DNA from: Octopus bimaculoides
Taxonomy: Eukaryota
DNA length: 37,912 nucleotides
Assembly: GCF_001194135.2 (NCBI RefSeq)
Contig: NC_068983.1
Location: 125,250,005-125,287,916 of the forward strand
Reading direction: 5' to 3'
In this document: positions 22,544 through 35,820 of the stretch, in pieces
How the letters are laid out: the number at the start of each line of letters is the position of its first letter
Numbering within the stretch: the stretch's first letter is position 1
Notes under the pieces: generated by a model
Seen by the model: only the letters and a program-made list of their open reading frames with translations
Database searches by the model: none
What the model was told of the DNA's origin: nothing
Made by a program: the position numbers and the translations under genes

Positions 22544-23698
22544 ATTCCAGTAGTAAATTTGACTATGCTAGCAAACCCTGCAAGCNNNNNNNNNNNNNNN
22601 NNNNNNNNNNNNNNNNNNNNNNNNNNNNNNNNNNNNNNNNNNNNNNNNNNNNNNNNNNNNNNNNNNNNNNNNNNNNNNNNNNNNNNNNNNNNNNNNNNNN
22701 NNNNNNNNNNNNNNNNNNNNNNNNNNNNNNNNNNNNNNNNNNNNNNNNNNNNNNNNNNNNNNNNNNNNNNNNNNNNNNNNNNNNNNNNNNNNNNNNNNNN
22801 NNNNNNNNNNNNNNNNNNNNNNNNNNNNNNNNNNNNNNNNNNNNNNNNNNNNNNNNNNNNNNNNNNNNNNNNNNNNNNNNNNNNNNNNNNNNNNNNNNNN
22901 NNNNNNNNNNNNNNNNNNNNNNTATATATATATATATATATACATATATATATTGTATATTATATTATATCATATTACATCATAGTATAGCGCCAAGTGG
23001 ATAACGCGATGATTAAAAGCACAGAGAGCACTTGGCAAAAAACCTATTGTATTGAAAGGGTCAAAGACTGGTCATTGAACTTGCAAATTCTCTTGAGAAC
23101 ATGGAAGGTTTGCTAACCTTTTTCCTACTGGATACCTATCAGTCCAAAGTTTGTTTCTGCATACTCTTCTCCCTGTTATTATTCAGTCTTACCTACTTTG
23201 ATTCCCAGCGTTAGACCATATTATTCCATATCCCAGGGAGTTGCTAAAAATATATTTCGTAGACTACAAATACGCACAAACACTAACACATACACACAGC
23301 TCACCAAACATACATACACACATAAATTTATACTGAAACAAAATTTATTCGATTACGTTATACTAATTTTCTATTCATGTTCCAGGTTTGCCTTAGCTCA
23401 TAGACACCGAATGATTACAGTTTGCTATACATTATAATCAGTTTGTTATACATTACAATCAAGTCTTTCGTTAGTTGCTGAAAGGGTATTTGTTAAAGTG
23501 CATGAAATACTCAAGGGAAATGATTACAGTATGGTGGCTATCATGTAAAAACGACGTTTGTATGTGCCATTTCAATAACCAAGACTGTAGAGTTGAACTG
23601 TATTCTATAATATGATCGCCCGGCATGCAATAGATTCCTTGTTCGATTCAAAATTGGGGAATTTGTTTCTTACCTCTTTTAAATCGCATTTGTGGATA

Positions 23699-23745
<47 letters not shown>

Positions 23746-23755
23746 NNNNNNNNNN

Positions 23756-23800
<45 letters not shown>

Positions 23801-23834
23801 CTCCACACACGCACACAGAAACACGCACACATAT

Positions 23835-24050
23835 CGAGGGTGCGCTGAAAAGTTCCTGGCTTCAATGGTATCGCAAAGGCCTGATTGCATGCCCAAACTT
23901 CCAAGTTCTTTTACAGGGATTAGACAGACTGAAGTACCGTAGAAATAAGTGTGTGCATCTAAGAGGGGAATATGTTGAATAAAATCATGACTAATTGATC
24001 CTCCTGTATTTCCTTTCACCTGAAGCCAAGAACTTTTCAACACACCCTCA
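23835..24050 (+). mobile_element. Mariner-type non-autonomous deletion derivative (216 bp)
   Basis: 28-bp TIRs CGAGGGTGCGCTGAAAAGTTCCTGGCTT and AAGCCAAGAACTTTTCAACACACCCTCA. It retains the mariner C-terminus GLDRLKYRRNKCVHLRGEYVE*. The TA target duplication is not intact. Confidence 0.85.
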
Positions 24051-25083
24051 TGTGTATATATAAGATGATAATATGAAAAGCAACGCCAAAATAGCTTTCT
24101 TTATTATGTGATTTAGGTCGTTCAATTAGGAGATGTCACCTTGAATGTGGTTAGTCTTCAGATTCTTACTCGGTCTATTCTTCTAATGATTTCTAAACCT
24201 TGTGAAATGTGTCTCACTGTACACCTCTCCGCTGAAAGTGCAGCTGCGTTCCAGAAAACGAAGGAGAATAATGTTTTTGTCATCCTCGAAATGAGTTATG
24301 ATAACTTTCTGTCTCTGGAAGTTCTTACACCTTGCTGAAATATGTCACAGCATATCATGTTATTTGCCTTCGTTTCGGGAGTATAAAGATATACCTAATT
24401 TTCGTCTTCTCTCACTACATAAGAAAGAGTCTATTTACTTCAGTACAAATCACAGCAGAATTCGTGCATTCTCCCTCCTTCGAATCGGGTGACGGCTTCC
24501 GAAGAAGGCTCCTTGCACACATTCCGTAGCTAAAAGCTATCACTATCTTATGTAATGCAATAATAGTAGACGTGTGGTTGTGTTGTTAACAAACGGACAG
24601 TGGCTTATCAATCCAGCGGTTAACGATTCAGGTCAATTTGCCCTGCTACTACGTATTTTTCTTTAATCCTTCTTTCATCTTCTATAAGGATTCTCATCCA
24701 TTGCTCTTGCGTATTGGTTTCATCTACGTAAAAAGAAAACAAAAAAAACCTGCAGCCTTTTGTGGATATCTGACAGTTTGTACTTTTCCTACACCAACGA
24801 CACAACTCCATGATAGTTCGTTGCCTTTGCTTAGAATATATTTTTGTCTGAAATAAAGAAAAGCGTGAAGAAAATTACCAGAGTTGAAGAACTATTTTAT
24901 CAATATGTGCAACTTAAAGGACCAATGTCAACTAATAAAAAAAAGTTATACCTCCCCCCGTTTCATTTGTCTGGTAACAATTTTTGCACAAACATATACA
25001 CTCGGAACAGAGACATACACACAGACATATATATATAAACAATCATGCAGACACACACGCGCACACACACACACACGCACACA

Positions 25084-25153
<70 letters not shown>

Positions 25154-25164
25154 TAGACATATGA

Positions 25165-25380
25165 TTGTAAGAGCGTGGTTCTGATTCCTGTACCGGACGA
25201 TGTATTGTGGTCTTGGGCAAAGTACTTCATTTCACGCCACGTCAGTTCACCCAGCAGCCTCCCACCCACCAAAAAATTAGTAACCCTACGACAGGCTTGC
25301 GTTCCGCCCAGGGGGTGGGATATGCACACCAAAAAGTCCTGGAAACCGGACTTATGAGCCTATAAGCTCTGGAAGGACTT
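25165..25380 (+). mobile_element. CORE-like SINE (family D)
   Basis: B-box-like GGTTCTGATTCC, then GTGGTCTTGGGCAAAGTACTTCATTTCAC, resembling the CORE domain; GC-richer than its flanks. Confidence 0.55.
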
Positions 25381-26817
25381 ACGATCCTGCGTTTTATATG
25401 TATATACAGGGTGTTCGCTAGAAATGCGGAAAATTTAAAGGCAAAAGTAACTAGCATTAATGAGATCATCAATAAACTGTGTAATAGGTGCTTTCTGATT
25501 CGTTGTTTCTCTTATCGAATGAGTGCGTAATCATAACAAGTAGGATGGTTTGAAGATGTTCTAGAACGTAAATGGATCGTTTGTTCAGATAAACGCATAC
25601 ATTCCCCCCAAAACGATATAGTATAGACGCAACAGTCTGGTTAGTTGAAATCAGAGGTAACGCAGGAAGAGTAGGCAGTAAGCGGTAGGTATCTCTGCTC
25701 GACGATTCTGGAATAGCTTTACTTCAGCCTATTTCTGAATCTCAGACTTATTTCCTATCCACTTCGATGTCTTGTTAGAATACAACTCAAATATCAAACT
25801 GAACTATTATTTCAGAAAGTTAGAACGCTGACTAGCTTGGACTTACATCGATGGGTACCTCGAAAATGAACCCCTCACTGCAAGACTAAGTCTTAACTGG
25901 TGCATTGTTTTTGATTTTTTAATTTCATCTGCAGACAGGGTTTGTGCCTATGGAAGTAGAAAATCTTATAATATCAGCGACATTAATAATGTTAACATTC
26001 CTTTTCAACAGTTGCAAGATCACCAATATCTCAATAATAAGAACTGGATCTGAATTCCACAAGTCTAACGTAGTGGAATGGGTGGTCTGTAGTGTTTTTA
26101 CGCGGAGTCTGGACTCGGATACTACGTCAAGATTAGCGATAGGAGAGAAGATCAGATTAATGGGAATAAGATAGAATAGTATCAGCTATCTCCAAAGAAG
26201 TATGGCCATTGTACTACGGCAGAGAAAGCAGACAGAAGGCAGAGCAGATTTGTGGATAATAAGTGTGTGTGTGAGAAATTTCATGTCAATCGGTCGGGCT
26301 ATGTGCTCTCGGATATATGTGTGTGCAACCGTAGCACCATACCTGATACCTGATGTGGTTAATTGCAATTCATTCAGAGCATCACCTAGTCTAGCAGATT
26401 GTTAGTTCTAATTACAGAATGAGCCAGTTTTTGAAATGCAGTGTTTGTTTTGTTGAGAATGTGTGATCAAAAGGGAGGCCATCAATAATAATGAAATCCT
26501 ACGTTTATAGTAACCTTGCGGGTATTATTTGCATGATATTTGATTTCTTAATCATTATTAGCCATTACTAAATCTGATGGCAGTATCATTTATACCATCC
26601 ATTTATTATACCATACAAAATATTTGATTGTTTTGTATGTAATCAAATACCTAAAGCAGCTAAATACATTATGAAAGTGGTTGCAGCTGAGAAAATAAAC
26701 TATATTTTAAATGTTATTGATATATTTCTTACAAACGTCTTACTTCCTCCTTCATACCTTCGGTTATGTTAATCAACATCCACAAATTTCTTAGTAATAT
26801 TGTTGTCACTCATAAAT

Positions 26818-26945
26818 TGGCGATCTGGCAGAATCGTTAAATTATCGGAAAAATGATTTGTGATGTCTGCTTTTTATAATTTGTGTTCAAATCTCGTCGA
26901 GGTGCAGTGTACTTTTGCCCAACGGGATATTTAAAATGTGGTTCC
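26818..26945 (+). mobile_element. Degraded family A SINE
   Basis: GGCGATCTGGCAGAATCGTTA head and GTTCAAATCTCGTCGAGGT B-box/core start. Confidence 0.65.
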
Positions 26946-28596
26946 ATTTATCAACTACGACATCCCGTCAAGAATTTTAGTCTTATGAGTAAATCAGAAA
27001 GGAATATTAATATCACATATGTGTGACAATCATTAGTGCTGCTCATATAAATCCTTAGTTTTATTGAACTCACATCGAGATAGCCTTAGTTTTTCAATAG
27101 AGCACTACGGTTGATTGAATTTGCTGTCTCTTCAATCGCCCCCGCTCCAAAAGTATACCAGTGATAGAAAATATTATGAATGCTGCTACCTTTCACAAGA
27201 GGAAAACAAAATGCATTAAACATATAAAAACATATTTTAGTTACATCTACATATTTATTTTATTAATAAATTTTGAGAGGTGGTTCATAAAGTTAATGTA
27301 TGTTATTGGTTGACCTTAATTCATTTTGCGCACTGTATTCTTAAGGAAATGCACGATCGTAAGGCATTCCCATTTCTGTGGAGCATTACACTCAAAACTA
27401 GTCTAGGTAAAAGCAAACGAATGTAAACAATCTTATTGCTTGGATATCAAGAGAATGCTCTCGCAAATCAACTAAATTATACAACTGTACTTGCCACATG
27501 CAACATTTTCACTTCAAATGATGATTATTTTCCGATTGCATATGACTTATTGTTTAATTTTTGTTACATGATTTCATGGTTTTATCACGGGAGGAAGGGA
27601 AGCATCTATAACGTTGCTTGTTTGCGGTCTTTGTGAATGAAGTGTCGAAAAGAAAAAGTTATAAAGTTATCTGCAGAATAGAGACATAGTCCGAACACTT
27701 TTGCAAATAAGTGTGCAACCCCGATAACGGTAGTAAATAAGACGAGGAATTTATAACAGAACGGGCATAACCTGGAGGTGATGGAAAATCGGGTGAGTGG
27801 ATGCCACATCCTTCTTTTTAATAAATTAAAATCCAATACACAAATAAACAAAAAAATCTGTCTGAAGCTCATGCACTTATATTTTTATGATAAATGTGTG
27901 AAGAAACTCATGCAAGAAATGAGATCTGCAACAAATGCAGATCTCATGAATATGTGCGCAAAAATTAAAATCGCATGCATGCGTGTGCATGTTTTGAGAA
28001 ATGCATGGAAATATAAATACAAAAACGTAGAAACACATATGCATAGAACTGAACCTGACACGGAGGATGCATGTGTCACCAAATACTATTTACTTAAAAA
28101 AATTACATTCCATAGCAGGTATTTCATTTCATCAGGACTCAGACCGCACGATGCACGTAGAAATAAATATTTGTAAAATCAACAGCTGGTTTATTTTACT
28201 ACTGCCACTTCTGCTGCTAATAGCATCACCACTGAATGTACCGCTGCTCTGGCTGCTACTGCGGAAGCTGTTGCTTCCAAGCTGCAGCTAGGAATCACAG
28301 TCAGTCTTCAATTCGTTACTGCTAGCGAAAGCATCTCTACAATCAAGAAAGAGAGCAAAGTTTTCATTCAATATTTTATCTACCACGGACTTGTTTTCAC
28401 TGTTGTACCACGTGTGCAGAGTTCAGCTTCATGTTGCGCAGCATGTAAGTTTTCAAACTCTGTTTTCAAATTATTTATCCAATTTACTGATTTCATATAC
28501 ATCCAGGATACGAATTCAATTTCAGGTGCTTTCCATTTGTTGAAAATAGTCATTTGAGGACTCTTCTAAGAAATAGTTACTACGACATGTTTGGTA

Positions 28597-28612
28597 TGCA
28601 TGCATACATGCA

Positions 28613-28643
<31 letters not shown>

Positions 28644-28658
28644 GCATATATGTATACG

Positions 28659-28694
<36 letters not shown>

Positions 28695-28717
28695 GATCTA
28701 TCTATCTATCTATCTAT
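28597..28717. repeat. Compound (ATAC)n/(ATCT)n tetranucleotide microsatellite
   Basis: Direct reading. Confidence 0.9.
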
Positions 28718-29120
28718 TCATACAGTGCAGATTATTCATACATGTATTTCTGACTCATCACATAAGCGTGTATATATGTATATATGTATGTAGGTATATA
28801 TGCAGATGCACATATGAATGCATATATAAGTGGGTAAGGAGAAATGCACCACATATAGACATATATAGACACATTTATTTGCAAATATACAATTTATATA
28901 TNNNNNNNNNNNNNNNNNNNNNNNNNNNNNNNNNNNNNNNNNNNNNNNNNNNNNNNNNNNNNNNNNNNNNNNNNNNNNNNNNNNNNNNNNNNNNNNNNNN
29001 NNNNNNNNNNNNNNNNNNNNNNNNNNNNNNNNNNNNNNNNNNNNNNNNNNNNNNNNNNNNNNNNNNNNNNNNNNNNNNNNNNNNNNNNNNNNNNNNNNAT
29101 ATAAACACGTATATATATTA

Positions 29121-29153
<33 letters not shown>

Positions 29154-29726
29154 AACATATGTATGTAACCATACACATGCATACACATGCACGCTGGGAA
29201 AGTGCTTTGATGATATCTCTAACTAATTTTTAACTTGTATGTATAACTGTGTATATTTGTGTGACAGTCGTAAAGGGAGAGAGAGAATGAAAGAAAGAGA
29301 TGACAGGTGGAGATAGATTTTAAGACAGAATGAGTGACATAAGTGGAGAAAGCGCAATGAATCATTTATATTTGTGGTTCCTTATGTGTACGCACGCGTA
29401 TGTATGGCACGTACATTTTCTTTAATTGCTCACTATATTTACAAAAGTAATTATCGATCAGGTTGTCAGCTATAGCAGTTATAGACGGCAATGTTAAAAA
29501 GCAAACCCGGATTTGCAATAAATAGCAACTACAGCGTGGCTGTATGTATGTATCTGAAAAATAAAAATTGATATAAATGCATGTAGACAAACTCATATAC
29601 AAGTGCAAGTATGTATGTATGCATATCTGTATGCATGCGCGTGCATATATATATAGTTATATATACACGCGCACACACGTTAATATACATACACATATAT
29701 ATACACATATATACCTCAATGTGTGT

Positions 29727-29782
<56 letters not shown>

Positions 29783-29900
29783 NNNNNNNNNNNNNNNNNN
29801 NNNNNNNNNNNNNNNNNNNNNNNNNNNNNNNNNNNNNNNNNNNNNNNNNNNNNNNNNNNNNNNNNNNNNNNNNNNNNNNNNNNNNNNNNNNNNNNNNNNN

Positions 29901-29954
<54 letters not shown>

Positions 29955-30312
29955 AAACACACACATATGTATATATATGGACACGAGAAATGCTAAAGAC
30001 GTCTGCTTCCTATGTTCGATTTGACAACGTGGTATCTTGTGCACAAGCTAGTTTTTTACATAACCTTGGGCCAGTCCACAACATATGAGTGAAATTGAGT
30101 TGATACAGTCTGCATAGCTGCTCTTGGATTCAAATGTATGCTTCATTCGAAACTGTAGCCTTGTCATACGTGCTGTGTCACGTCCTCAGCGGCTGGAACT
30201 GATGTTAAAAATTAATGAGTGTGTGAAATTGTCAGTCGATTACTCAGTAATTCAGATCCACAAGCATATATGCAAATACACAGAGACATACTGATATATA
30301 CATACATGTGAC

Positions 30313-30359
<47 letters not shown>

Positions 30360-30574
30360 TTTAAAAAATTTATTTACATGCCGTTTTATCGAGATGGAAG
30401 CGTGTGCCCGAAGCCCATTTCAAAGCCTGCCAGGCTCGTGCAAAACAGAGTACACAGTATCCCCTAACCAAATTCCCGGTCTGAATACTTACAAACATTA
30501 GTTTGAAATAAAAAAAGAAAAACAAGTAGTGAAAAGGTGGATCAAGTATTAAGCCCGAGATGCATATGTACTTT

Positions 30575-30650
30575 AGTGGTATTTGAACTCAGTACTCACA
30601 CAACGAGAACAAATACTGCCGTTCATACAGTCTGTCAATTCATCGCTCAT
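30575..30650 (-). mobile_element. Family A-like SINE head fragment
   Basis: ATTTGAACTCAG is the reverse complement of the CTGAGTTCAAAT B-box; the rest is highly diverged. Confidence 0.4.
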
Positions 30651-30740
30651 GAAACGTACATATATTATCGACCACAAATGACTAAGTAGTTACAGATATA
30701 CATGAATATACAAGAGCGAGTGTGTGTGTGAGTAAATGGT

Positions 30741-30782
<42 letters not shown>

Positions 30783-30880
30783 NNNNNNNNNNNNNNNNNN
30801 NNNNNNNNNNNNNNNNNNNNNNNNNNNNNNNNNNNNNNNNNNNNNNNNNNNNNNNNNNNNNNNNNNNNNNNNNNNNNNNN

Positions 30881-30971
<91 letters not shown>

Positions 30972-31112
30972 GCATGCATTTACATATATATAAACAACAT
31001 CGAACACACATACACAAGCTATGTGTGTTGTTAGTTCGTGGGTCGGCTGCCTTTTAGGCGTAAGGGAGTATATTCTCAATGCGTTAGATTCTAATTCATA
31101 TCTATATATGTG

Positions 31113-31500
31113 TGGAGGCGCGATGACCCAGTGATTGGGACAGTGGACTCGCGGTCGTAGTAGGATCGCGGATTCGATCCCCAGACCAGGGGTTTTGAGT
31201 ATTTATTGAGGGCGAAAGAACGTAAGCCTCAACGAGGCTCCGCCAGCGAGTGATGGCGAACCTTACTGTACTCTTTCACCGCATACTTTCTCTTACTCTT
31301 TCTTCCTGTTTCTGGTGTGCCTGTATTTGAAAGGACCACCCTGTCGCACTCTTTGTCACGCTGAATCTCTCCGAGAACTACGTAAAGGGCATACATGTCT
31401 GTGGAGTGCTCAGCCACTTGCACGTTAATTTCACGAGCAGGCTGTTCCGTTGATCGGATTAACTGGAACCCTCATCGTCGTAACCGACGGATTGCCACAA
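31113..31500 (+). mobile_element. tRNA-derived SINE, family C, near full length
   Basis: GGAGGCGCGATGACCCAGTGATTGGG A-box head, GGATTCGATCCC B-box, GC-rich 3' end GAGCAGGCTGTTCCGTTGATCGGAT...GTAACCGACGG. Confidence 0.75.
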
Positions 31501-33106
31501 TACATATATATATACACGTGTAAATACATATCTATATTGAGATATAGACTCACGTTCACTAGCATACTCACACACATGCATGTGTCTATTCATGTGTAAA
31601 TTATGAAGCGCATGCATACTATGGTGACGTCCATAGGCCTCTCTACAATGTAATCATGTTGCAAGTTTAGGTGGGTAATATCTATCAAATTGATCAATTT
31701 CCTGAAAACTTCCTGGAAAACTAGTAACTTTTAATTCTATATTTGTTTGTGGTTTTTGTATCCTTCATTTTCATCTGCTCAGTTTTCTTACATTCGTTCA
31801 TTAGCTTGTGTTTGAGCTCTTACACATCGTAACTGGTATTATTTGACTAAGTAATCGCATGGAAAATAAACAACAAAAAAAAAAAGCATTTAGATCACAG
31901 CTTATGCTGACATAGCATTAAAACAATAGCGTGTTATAGAAACACATAAAAAGTTTTTAAAAGTATGCAGATTTCGGACACAACTTAGAACTGGCGCTTG
32001 TGTCGGAAATGCTCCAAATGTTATATTCAACAAATGTTTACTGTTATTCTTGTTATATCTCCTATAAACGTATTTAACCTTGCTTTCGGTAATTTGTGAT
32101 ATATGATGAAACATTAAAAATAAATTATGCACTATTTTACCATCAAAAGAAGTGTAACCAAATATTCGTTAGGGAGCAGGTAAAACTTTCTTGCATGCAG
32201 AGTCCNNNNNNNNNNNNNNNNNNNNNNNNNNNNNNNNNNNNNNNNNNNNNNNNNNNNNNNNNNNNNNNNNNNNNNNNNNNNNNNNNNNNNNNNNNNNNNN
32301 NNNNNNNNNNNNNNNNNNNNNNNNNNNNNNNNNNNNNNNNNNNNNNNNNNNNNNNNNNNNNNNNNNNNNNNNNNNNNNNNNNNNNNNNNNNNNNNNNNNN
32401 NNNNNNNNNNNNNNNNNNNNNNNNNNNNNNNNNNNNNNNNNNNNNNNNNNNNNNNNNNNNNNNNNNNNNNNNNNNNNNNNNNNNNNNNNNNNNNNNNNNN
32501 NNNNNNNNNNNNNNNNNNNNNNNNNNNNNNNNNNNNNNNNNNNNNNNNNNNNNNNNNNNNNNNNNNNNNNNNNNNNNNNNNNNNNNNNNNNNNNNNNNNN
32601 NNNNNNNNNNNNNNNNNNNNNNNNNNNNNNNNNNNNNNNNNNNNNNNNNNNNNNNNNNNNNNNNNNNNNNNNNNNNNNNNNNNNNNNNNNNNNNNNNNNN
32701 NNNNNNNNNNNNNNNNNNNNNNNNNNNNNNNNNNNNNNNNNNNNNNNNNNNNNNNNNNNNNNNNNNNNNNNNNNNNNNNNNNNNNNNNNNNNNNNNNNNN
32801 NNNNNNNNNNNNNNNNNNNNNNNNNNNNNNNNNNNNNNNNNNNNNNNNNNNNNNNNNNNNNNNNNNNNNNNNNNNNNNNNNNNNNNNNNNNNNNNNNNNN
32901 NNNNNNNNNNNNNNNNNNNNNNNNNNNNNNNNNNNNNNNNNNNNNNNNNNNNNNNNNNNNNNNNNNNNNNNNNNNNNNNNNNNNNNNNNNNNNNNNNNNN
33001 NNNNNNNNNNNNNNNNNNNNNNNNNNNNNNNNNNNNNNNNNNNNNNNNNNNNNNNNNNNNNNNNNNNNNNNNNNNNNNNNNNATATATATATATATATAT
33101 ATATAC

Positions 33107-33277
33107 ATATATACGACGGGCTTCTTTCAGTTTCCGTCTAACAAATCCACTCACAAGGCTTTGGTCGGCCCGAGGCTATAGCTGAAGACACTTGCCCAAA
33201 GTGCCATGCAGTGGGACTGAACCCGGAACCATGTGATTCATAAGCAAGCTACTTACCACACAGCCACTCCTACGCCT
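33107..33277 (-). mobile_element. Family B SINE 5' half
   Basis: The reverse complement gives TGTGTGGTAAGTAGCTTGC...GGTTCAGTCCCACTGCATGGCACTTTGGGCAAGTGTCTTC...GAAAGAAGCCCGTCG, then (TA)n and a gap. Confidence 0.85.
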
Positions 33278-33658
33278 ATAATATATATAACGCTGAATGA
33301 TCCAGTCCTCAAACATATGTCAGTATGTAAGAAGTGAGTGAATATTCCAATATTGCGCTGACACGTGCACTCGTAATATAATTCGCAAGTGTAATCAGTC
33401 TAACACGATGTGACGTAGCACGACATCCTATGTGACGAGGCTGGACATTTCAATTACAGTCACAAGTTAGCCGACGGGTTTCGCCAAGGTTTTCGTCTCT
33501 TCACTTTCGCTATCGATCTATGGGATGCATGTTGCTACAGCTACACCAGTGTATTTATCACACCACACTCGCGATTGAATTCAGGAACATAATGTTATTA
33601 AAAGAGGTTCTAAATCATAGTCAAATACATAAAGTCTCTGTGCCTGTCACTGTATGTC

Positions 33659-33711
<53 letters not shown>

Positions 33712-34569
33712 CACACACACAAACATACGCATACACACGCACACACACACACACACTCTTACATATTCGCAAACGCATTTGCATGAATACTCAGACACAT
33801 GAGCATGTATGTATCCGTGCACACACGCGAACACATACATGCATACGTACAAACATGAGAGTGAATGTGTACGTCTCTTAATGTCTGTGTGCATGTGCGT
33901 GGGCGCACGTGTTTTTGAAAAGACATGTGGAGGTGTTATTTCTTAATGCGAGGTAAACATGGATTTTAAAATCTGCAGAGCAGCTTATGACATTCGGTCA
34001 TCCAGTTGAAATTATAACAGCTTTTGAAAGAAATGCAATTTATGTATGTGTGTGTATGAATATGCATGCTTGTATATACATACCTATATACACACACACA
34101 AGCACGCACACGTACAAACACACAAAACACACACACAGACACACACACACAGACACACACACACACACACACACATATATGTAGACTTATAAAGTGGTTT
34201 AATGGCTAAACAACTCGAATGTAAAACACGAAGTACAGGTTCGATGACAGTACACAGTATCTCAGTCAAAGTCCGCTTGTATAGTATTTTTTCAATACGT
34301 ATTTTCTGAGTAGCATTGCTTGAAAGCAAATTGTATAGAGTCCCATTGCATTGACTGTGCAGCTTTGACCTTTTGTGTAATACGCTGATATTCACTGGGA
34401 ATAATGTTAAATGTTGATGTCGATACTTCAGCCAATTTAATCGCTAATTTATTGAGCAGAAAAATCACTTGATCGAATAATCGTATATCTATAGTCTGAA
34501 CTGACAGAAATTCATCCATCTTTTTTATGTATGTATGCATATTGCAAGTATGTTTGTCTTTAGTTGTGC

Positions 34570-34603
<34 letters not shown>

Positions 34604-35204
34604 AGGAATATAGATAACTACATACATNNNNNNNNNNNNNNNNNNNNNNNNNNNNNNNNNNNNNNNNNNNNNNNNNNNNNNNNNNNNNNNNNNNNNNNNN
34701 NNNNNNNNNNNNNNNNNNNNNNNNNNNNNNNNNNNNNNNNNNNNNNNNNNNNNNNNNNNNNNNNNNNNNNNNNNNNNNNNNNNNNNNNNNNNNNNNNNNN
34801 NNNNNNNNNNNNNNNNNNNNNNNNNNNNNNNNNNNNNNNNNNNNNNNNNNNNNNNNNNNNNNNNNNNNNNNNNNNNNNNNNNNNNNNNNNNNNNNNNNNN
34901 NNNNNNNNNNNNNNNNNNNNNNNNNNNNNNNNNNNNNNNNNNNNNNNNNNNNNNNNNNNNNNNNNNNNNNNNNNNNNNNNNNNNNNNNNNNNNNNNNNNN
35001 NNNNNNNNNNNNNNNNNNNNNNNNNNNNNNNNNNNNNNNNNNNNNNNNNNNNNNNNNNNNNNNNNNNNNNNNNNNNNNNNNNNNNNNNNNNNNNNNNNNN
35101 NNNNNNTCTATAGTCTGAACTGACAGAAATTCATCCATCTTTTTTATGTATGTATGCATATTGCAAGTATGTTTGTCTTTAGTTGTGCGTATATATATAT
35201 ATAT

Positions 35205-35400
35205 TCGTGTCTATATGCTTGTCCCCCACCGATATCGCTTGACAACCAGTGTTGGTATGTTTACATCCCTGTAACTTACGGGTTTGGCAAAAGACACCGA
35301 TAGAATAAGTACTAGGCCTAGAAAGAGTACGTCCTTAGGACGATGTGTTTGACTAAAGGCGGTGCTTGAACATGGCCTCAACCAAATGATTCAAGCACGC
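35205..35400 (+). mobile_element. Family B SINE 3' half
   Basis: CGCTTGACAACCAGTGTTGG...GATAGAATAAGTACTAGGC...GACTAAAGGCGGTGCT, matching 17770-17930. Confidence 0.8.
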
Positions 35401-35539
35401 AATGGATATATATGAGTATATTAAATTCAAATTGCAATGAACGTAAACAAACAAGCGAAGTTTGATTTTAGAGCCGTTGAGATTTCTTAGAAAGTTAAAG
35501 AAGTGATTTTAAATTCTCAAACGCAGGTTAATTCTAATA

Positions 35540-35670
35540 ATATAGCCTGAACAGGATAAGCTACCCCTATTTTGCAGAAAAAAGTGTAGGCGGCCATGTA
35601 TGTGTCTCATAGCTGTCCGCCTACACTTTTTTCTGTAAAATAGGGGTAGCTTATCCTTTTCAGGCTATAT
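35540..35670. repeat. Long inverted repeat (about 54-61 bp arms, 9-nt spacer), MITE- or foldback-like
   Basis: ATATAGCCTGAACAGGATAAGCTACCCCTATTTTGCAGAAAAAAGTGTAGGCGG pairs with its reverse complement ending at 35670, with 2 mismatches. It is followed by (TA)n. Confidence 0.92.
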
Positions 35671-35727
35671 ATATATATACATATGCATACATATGAATAT
35701 ATATTTATATATACGATATATATAAAT

Positions 35728-35784
<57 letters not shown>

Positions 35785-35820
35785 TTTATTTATATACATA
35801 TATGACTACTTAATATCGAT

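Larger units (their letters stand above)
1805..35106. other. 13 assembly gaps (N runs), mostly flanked by microsatellites
   Basis: N runs at 1805-1913, 6715-7423, 9756-10246, 11805-12128, 15186-15650, 17532-17581, 22586-22922, 23746-23755, 28902-29098, 29783-29900, 30783-30880, 32206-33082 and 34628-35106. Confidence 0.97.

Noticed and set aside
25405-25440. TACAGGGTGTTC, resembling a Tc1/mariner TIR start
   Set aside because: No matching opposite TIR was found in the window.
25816-26420. Possible exons KVRTLTSLDLHRW and ORFs 25944-26174 and 26202-26405
   Set aside because: Weak donors, no coherent spliced product and no recognisable domain.
28105-28140. Minus-strand CTGATGAAATGAAA
   Set aside because: Only 3 nt between the core halves, so no stem II is possible.
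34292-34522. 76-aa minus-strand ORF MDEFLSVQTIDIRLFDQ...
   Set aside because: It starts in the gap-flanking duplicated segment, with no recognisable domain or convincing splice sites.
6563-35159. Long ORFs in the track made of X, or of poly-I/L/N/YI/HT/CV/RE runs
   Set aside because: They are artefacts of N gaps and microsatellites, not genes.
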